Shown in pieces: positions 35,898 through 39,841 of a stretch of 39,841 nt of DNA. The notes below the pieces were generated by a model that searched no databases, was not told the origin of the DNA, and worked only from the letters and a program-made list of their open reading frames with translations. Position numbers and translations under genes: made by a program. The stretch is from a virus (lineage: Duplodnaviria; Heunggongvirae; Uroviricota; Caudoviricetes): the IMG/VR virus record IMGVR_UViG_2711768002_000004; one strand, 5' to 3'. The number at the start of each line of letters is the position of its first letter. Position 1 is the stretch's first letter.

Positions 35898-37985
35898 TCA
35901 GGCCAGCGGATCACTTTCTTTTAATTTCGCTTCGAGCAGTTGCAATCCCCGCTGGAAATTACGCTCGTATTCTTCATCAGGTTCATCGTCAGCGACCGGT
36001 TGCTGAACGGTCACCGTATTACCCACAGGGCGGTATATGTTTTCCAGCCAGGGCTCCTGCGGCTTGTGCTCCAGCACGTTGACAACCTCATCCTCGGCAT
36101 CACGGATTTTTTCCTCTGCGCGTTTACGCATGCCTTTAAGGCGCTGCTGCTGTTTGTAGTATTCCGCGCTGACAGGGAAGGCTTCGCGTTTATTGCCGTC
36201 CCATACCGCCTCGCAAATCACGCTGCCATCCGGGCGGCGCACGGTAATTCGTTCGGCATCATGAATGTCATAGCTGATAAGTACCTTACGGCCATGCTCG
36301 TCACGCAGCTCGGGCGCGTAGTAAATATTATTCAGCCAGCGTATTTCACAGCGTCTTACAGGGCGCTCCACCATCGGCCGGAACATATCCCGCAGTTCAA
36401 CATCGGACAGCCATTCAATTTCCGTGTCCTCTTCCGCCAGGCGTTTTTTTCTGAACTCCGCCGGGCTGTAATGTTTACCGTTCGGCTTCATGGGTAATTC
36501 ATCGTGCGGCCGGTTGTTGTACCACTCAACACCGTCACGAATGGCATCAATCAGTTCAGACCAGGACGGTAAATCACGCATCGCTGACTGCTGCCGGGCG
36601 TTCAGCCGTTTGCCCTGTTGCAGGGCACTGAATGCCGAGCGTAAATCGCGGTTGGTTTTACGTAACGTCTCGCGATCTGCTCCTTTCCCGAAATAGGTGC
36701 GGTATTTACGGGCTATGCGCATCGGTAATGTGCGGTTAAGCCGTTCGATAATGCCCCGTCCCTGCGGATTACCGGCAATCCCTGTCGGGTGATTAATCCC
36801 CAGTCGTGGCAGTATCCCCACAATCTCCTTATCCAGGACGTCGGCGGTTTCCCCGGAGCCATTATCCGAGTAATACAGAAACGGTTTGCCATGATGGCGA
36901 ATACCGTGCTGTATGGCACCGGCTACGGCGAAAACATTTTCAGCCAGGTCAAGGCTCCAGCCCACCACAAAGCGCGTGCCACCGTCGATAACAAAGGTCA
37001 CTTCCGGTGCGAATGGCCGCCCGTGAACCGGGTGCGCGCATTTCAGCTTCATGCCGTGACCGTCACCAATCCAGACATAATTCACCGGCATTCTGGACCA
37101 GTCGCGGCGCGTGAATCCCTCAAGCTGACGGTATTCACTGCCAGTTACCCGGCCTTTTTGTTTCACCACTTCCGGCAGTTTCTTCATTGCGCGGCGAATG
37201 GTGTCATAAGAGGGCATGATATCGAGCATATAAGGCTCATCAGCGTGCCGGTGCTGCCATTCAGCAACAAAATCCTCGTAAGCCTCGGTCATTGGTCGGC
37301 CGTTTGACTGGCGATACTGCGCCAGAAATTCGGGCAGCCAGTTAATATCTTCGGCTTTTATTTCCTGGCGTTTACCCGGTGCCAGTAAAAGCAGGCGTTC
37401 AGCGGCGTTCTGTGCCTTGTTAAAGGCCGCAATCCAGCGTTTCAGCGTGATTTCACTCAACGCGCGGCTGTTTCCCTTTTTGGCGTTCGCCGTCTCAACC
37501 ATTGCCACAATGCGCTCGTCCAGTTGTGATCGTGCCAGGCTGTTAACGAGGAACCGGATAGCTTTAGCGCAGCTGAAACCGGGTTGTTGCGTGAATTTCA
37601 GCACCTCACTGACGATCGCAATGCGTGCGTCTGCCACCTGGCGCTGGTTTTCAGTCAGGGCATTGAGGCGTTCGACCATCAGTTGTGGTGATCCGCGATA
37701 TGCCTCCACCGCATCAACCACGGCAGACGAGCGTCTGGCCTTTGTCACCACCGGAGCCGGTGATTCATCGGCTTTTTGCGTCATCAGTTGCAGGGCATAA
37801 CGTTCGCGTAATGCCTGCTGTGTCACTTCAGGTAAACAGTCAATGCTGTATTCAAAACCTTTAGCGCCTTTCTTGCGGCGTCTGCTGGTTTCGCTGGTTG
37901 CATACTTCCTGATTGAATAGCGAACGCCTTGCTCCGTTCCCGGCATCCCCGGTAATCCAACCAGTTCTTTAACTGAAGCAAACAT
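35898..37985 (-). CDS. A: DDE transposase (MuA-like)
   Basis: 695 aa; N-terminal VSPKE..LPG-like opening (ASVKELVGLPGMPGT) and position directly after ner. Confidence 0.9.
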   Translation of the reverse strand: MFASVKELVGLPGMPGTEQGVRYSIRKYATSETSRRRKKGAKGFEYSIDCLPEVTQQALRERYALQLMTQKADESPAPVVTKARRSSAVVDAVEAYRGSPQLMVERLNALTENQRQVADARIAIVSEVLKFTQQPGFSCAKAIRFLVNSLARSQLDERIVAMVETANAKKGNSRALSEITLKRWIAAFNKAQNAAERLLLLAPGKRQEIKAEDINWLPEFLAQYRQSNGRPMTEAYEDFVAEWQHRHADEPYMLDIMPSYDTIRRAMKKLPEVVKQKGRVTGSEYRQLEGFTRRDWSRMPVNYVWIGDGHGMKLKCAHPVHGRPFAPEVTFVIDGGTRFVVGWSLDLAENVFAVAGAIQHGIRHHGKPFLYYSDNGSGETADVLDKEIVGILPRLGINHPTGIAGNPQGRGIIERLNRTLPMRIARKYRTYFGKGADRETLRKTNRDLRSAFSALQQGKRLNARQQSAMRDLPSWSELIDAIRDGVEWYNNRPHDELPMKPNGKHYSPAEFRKKRLAEEDTEIEWLSDVELRDMFRPMVERPVRRCEIRWLNNIYYAPELRDEHGRKVLISYDIHDAERITVRRPDGSVICEAVWDGNKREAFPVSAEYYKQQQRLKGMRKRAEEKIRDAEDEVVNVLEHKPQEPWLENIYRPVGNTVTVQQPVADDEPDEEYERNFQRGLQLLEAKLKESDPLA

Positions 37986-37987
37986 AA

Positions 37988-38218
37988 TTACGCGACCTTA
38001 CGAATGTAGCGGCTGGGCCAAATCTCCTCGGGCGGCACCCCCAGGCATTCCGCGATAATCCCCTCATACTTGGGAACATGGCGGTATACCGCGTTGTACA
38101 GATTGTTCTGACCCACGCCAGCTTTACGGGCCAGCGCCCTCATGCTTCCTTCTCTGGCTCTGACTTCCCCCAAAATTCTTTGAGGATGCCAATCAGGCTT
38201 AACTTCATTTCTCGCCAT
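37988..38218 (-). CDS. ner: Ner-like DNA-binding early regulator
   Basis: 76 aa; ...DWHPQRILGEVRAREGSMRALARKAGVGQNNLYNAVYRHVPKYEGIIAECLGVPPEEIWPSRY matches Mu Ner pattern; stop is 2 nt before the A start. Confidence 0.85.
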   Translation of the reverse strand: MARNEVKPDWHPQRILGEVRAREGSMRALARKAGVGQNNLYNAVYRHVPKYEGIIAECLGVPPEEIWPSRYIRKVA

Positions 38219-38403
38219 GATTCATCTATCCTAAAAAGTTACGAAATTTGATAACTAAACTTAGTTATCAAGTTTGATATAAGTATTGATCCACTTCTGC
38301 TTCATGTAAAGCAAAAAAAACATCTTTCTTTTGTCTATTGTGGATCAATGGTTGCTGACAACACTAAAAGTTAATAATTTCAAATTGATAGGAAGAAAAG
38401 AAA
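38219..38403. promoter_or_regulatory. Divergent early control region (repressor / ner promoters and operators)
   Basis: 20-bp palindrome GATAACTAAACTTAGTTATC (38250-38269) flanked by TTTGATA repeats; 9-bp inverted repeat TTGATCCAC / GTGGATCAA (38286-38294 and 38340-38348), both containing GATC. Confidence 0.55.
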
Positions 38404-38949
38404 ATGAACAAGCAAACAACAACATCTCTTTCTTTTCCTGGTGGTAGAAAAGAAAGCATTGCTGAGCGTCTGAAAAGGCTGATTGGCTCCCGCAGCGTCA
38501 GAGCTGCAGCAAGAGATTGGGGGCTTTCATTTTCAACACTAAACAATTATCTGTCTCGTGGCACTGAGCCATCCTTAAGTGTCGCCCTTCAGATTGCGTC
38601 TATCGAAGGAGTAAGTGTTGAGTGGCTATGTGGATTCAGTGATGCATCACAAGTGAATCGGTGTGAGATCAAGGAAAATCAAGATGAAAGCAAGAAGATA
38701 ATTATGACGATTATCAGCGCACTTGATGAAAAAGACTTAGAGCAGCTATCGAAAAATTTGGTTCTGAATGGAGCCAAGTACTTAGCTCGGTTGTTAGAGC
38801 CTGAAAATCAAGATCTAATCCGCTTAGAAGGAAGGAAAAGAATAGCTGCATTACAGCTTGAAGGTATGTCTGACGAACGCGTCAGAGAGATTTTGGAAGA
38901 AACTGAGAGAAGTCGCAAATCTAACGCGGTAGAACCAAAAGCGGGTTAA
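38404..38949 (+). CDS. Prophage repressor, XRE/CI-type helix-turn-helix (functional analogue of Mu c)
   Basis: 181 aa; HTH ...SVRAAARDWGLSFSTLNNYLSRGTEPSLSVALQIASIEGVSVEWL; divergent from ner-A-B; no S24 peptidase motif seen. Confidence 0.75.
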   Translation: MNKQTTTSLSFPGGRKESIAERLKRLIGSRSVRAAARDWGLSFSTLNNYLSRGTEPSLSVALQIASIEGVSVEWLCGFSDASQVNRCEIKENQDESKKIIMTIISALDEKDLEQLSKNLVLNGAKYLARLLEPENQDLIRLEGRKRIAALQLEGMSDERVREILEETERSRKSNAVEPKAG

Positions 38950-39185
38950 TAGCATTAGCCCGCATTTTGCACTATATCGAGTATTTCGCATTGTTTGGAA
39001 CGCCTTAAAAGACTAAAACCACAGTATCAAATGAGTTGCCGATTTTATAATAAATGACTAATTATTGCACAATCGGTATCAAATAGACCTTATCCGCACA
39101 TCTAGCCATCACCTGTTTTATTTCAGTATCTTACAGGTGATTTCACCTCCTTTCACTAAACCCCTTGTCGGTATCAAATGATTCA
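38950..39185 (-). repeat. Prophage left end with three transposase-binding-like direct repeats
   Basis: (C)GGTATCAAAT at 39023-39032, 39074-39084 and 39169-39179; on the phage strand the element would begin 5'-TGAATCATTTGATACCG. Confidence 0.6.
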
Positions 39186-39506
39186 CCTGGTTATATGTCG
39201 CCAGTCGATACCTTCCAGCAGCATCGCCAGCTGCGCCTGTGTAAGGAACACTTTGCCATCACGGGCTGACGGCCAGGCGAAGCGCCCACGCTCCAGCCGT
39301 TTGGTCAGGAGGCACAGTCCGTCACTGGTGGACCACAGCAGTTTAACCTGACTGCCGCTGCGGCCCCGGAAAATGAAAACATGGCCGGACATGGGATCGT
39401 CTTTCAGCGCCGTCTGTACTTTCGCAGCCAGGCCGTTGAAGCCATTTCTCATATCGGTGATACCGGCAACCAGCCAAATTTTGATCCCGGAAGGTAACGG
39501 GATCAT
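39183..39506 (-). CDS. tnpB: IS66-family TnpB (orf2); 3' end apparently fused to the prophage terminus
   Basis: MIPLPSGIKIWLVAGITDMRNGFNGLAAKVQTALKDDPMSGHVFIFRGRSGSQVKLLWSTSDGLCLLTKRLERGRFAWP...; stop codon TGA (39185-39183) coincides with the putative TG terminus of the prophage. Confidence 0.85.
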   Translation of the reverse strand: MIPLPSGIKIWLVAGITDMRNGFNGLAAKVQTALKDDPMSGHVFIFRGRSGSQVKLLWSTSDGLCLLTKRLERGRFAWPSARDGKVFLTQAQLAMLLEGIDWRHITR

Positions 39507-39841
39507 CGCTTCAGTTCCTGTATCAGCAGAGTCAGGAGCTTTTCGCTGACATTGCCATTGAAGCGGAGCGTCCCGTGCCGGAACGTTACCTCACAGCTGA
39601 TACTGAGGGTTTTCGGGTCCTCTGCGAGCGATTCTGGCTGTTCGGCAGCTGCATCGAGAGTCACAGGAAGTAGCTGGGGGCTCTCTGAAGAAGGTAATAG
39701 CTGAGGTGTACTGGCAATAGCGGACACTACCATTTGTTCTTTTTTTAAGCAGCCATCTGATGATATTTTTCCCTGAAGGCTGCCGGGGAGATATTCCCCA
39801 GACGAGAGTGACGACGCTGACGATTGTAGAAAATCTCAATG
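39503..39841 (-). CDS. tnpA: IS66-family TnpA (orf1), partial; frame open to the window end
   Basis: Upstream of and overlapping tnpB; ...EKLLTLLIQELKR C-terminus; reading frame has no stop up to 39841. Confidence 0.55.

Larger units (their letters stand above)
683..39185 (-). mobile_element. Mu-like transposable prophage (right end lost in gap; left end at about 39185)
   Basis: Mu gene order on the minus strand: c / ner-A-B-gam...Mor/C-lys...terminase-portal-F-G-I-T...sheath-tube-tape measure-baseplate-tail fibre-gin-com-mom; three transposase-binding-like repeats at the left end. Confidence 0.9.

Noticed and set aside
1-39841. CRISPR arrays, tRNA genes, tyrosine/serine integrase with attachment sites
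   Set aside because: No regularly spaced direct repeats, no convincing cloverleaf, and no integrase; the only recombinases are the DDE transposase (A) and the Gin invertase, consistent with a transposable phage.

Overview
The window is dominated by one near-complete Mu-like transposable prophage (about 38.5 kb) encoded on the minus strand. Its left (repressor) end is at about 39185 and abuts IS66-family tnpA/tnpB; its right end runs into a 122-nt N gap (561-682), beyond which lies the C-terminus of IS66 tnpC. Reading the minus strand from high to low coordinates: CI-like repressor (plus strand) / ner / transposase A / B; a block of small early genes including gam; a GemA-like protein; a single Mor/C-family activator; a SAR-endolysin + spanin lysis cassette; terminase, portal and head genes; contractile tail and baseplate genes; a tail fibre with a Gin-type invertible segment; gin; a 3.4-kb cargo locus with a 684-aa SGNH/sialate-O-acetylesterase-like protein; and com-mom. 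No tRNA, CRISPR array or tyrosine integrase was seen. Every call comes from manual reading of the supplied six-frame translations, motifs and recalled similarity to phage Mu proteins; no database search or alignment was run, so names are homology guesses and several starts were re-picked by hand (noted per feature).
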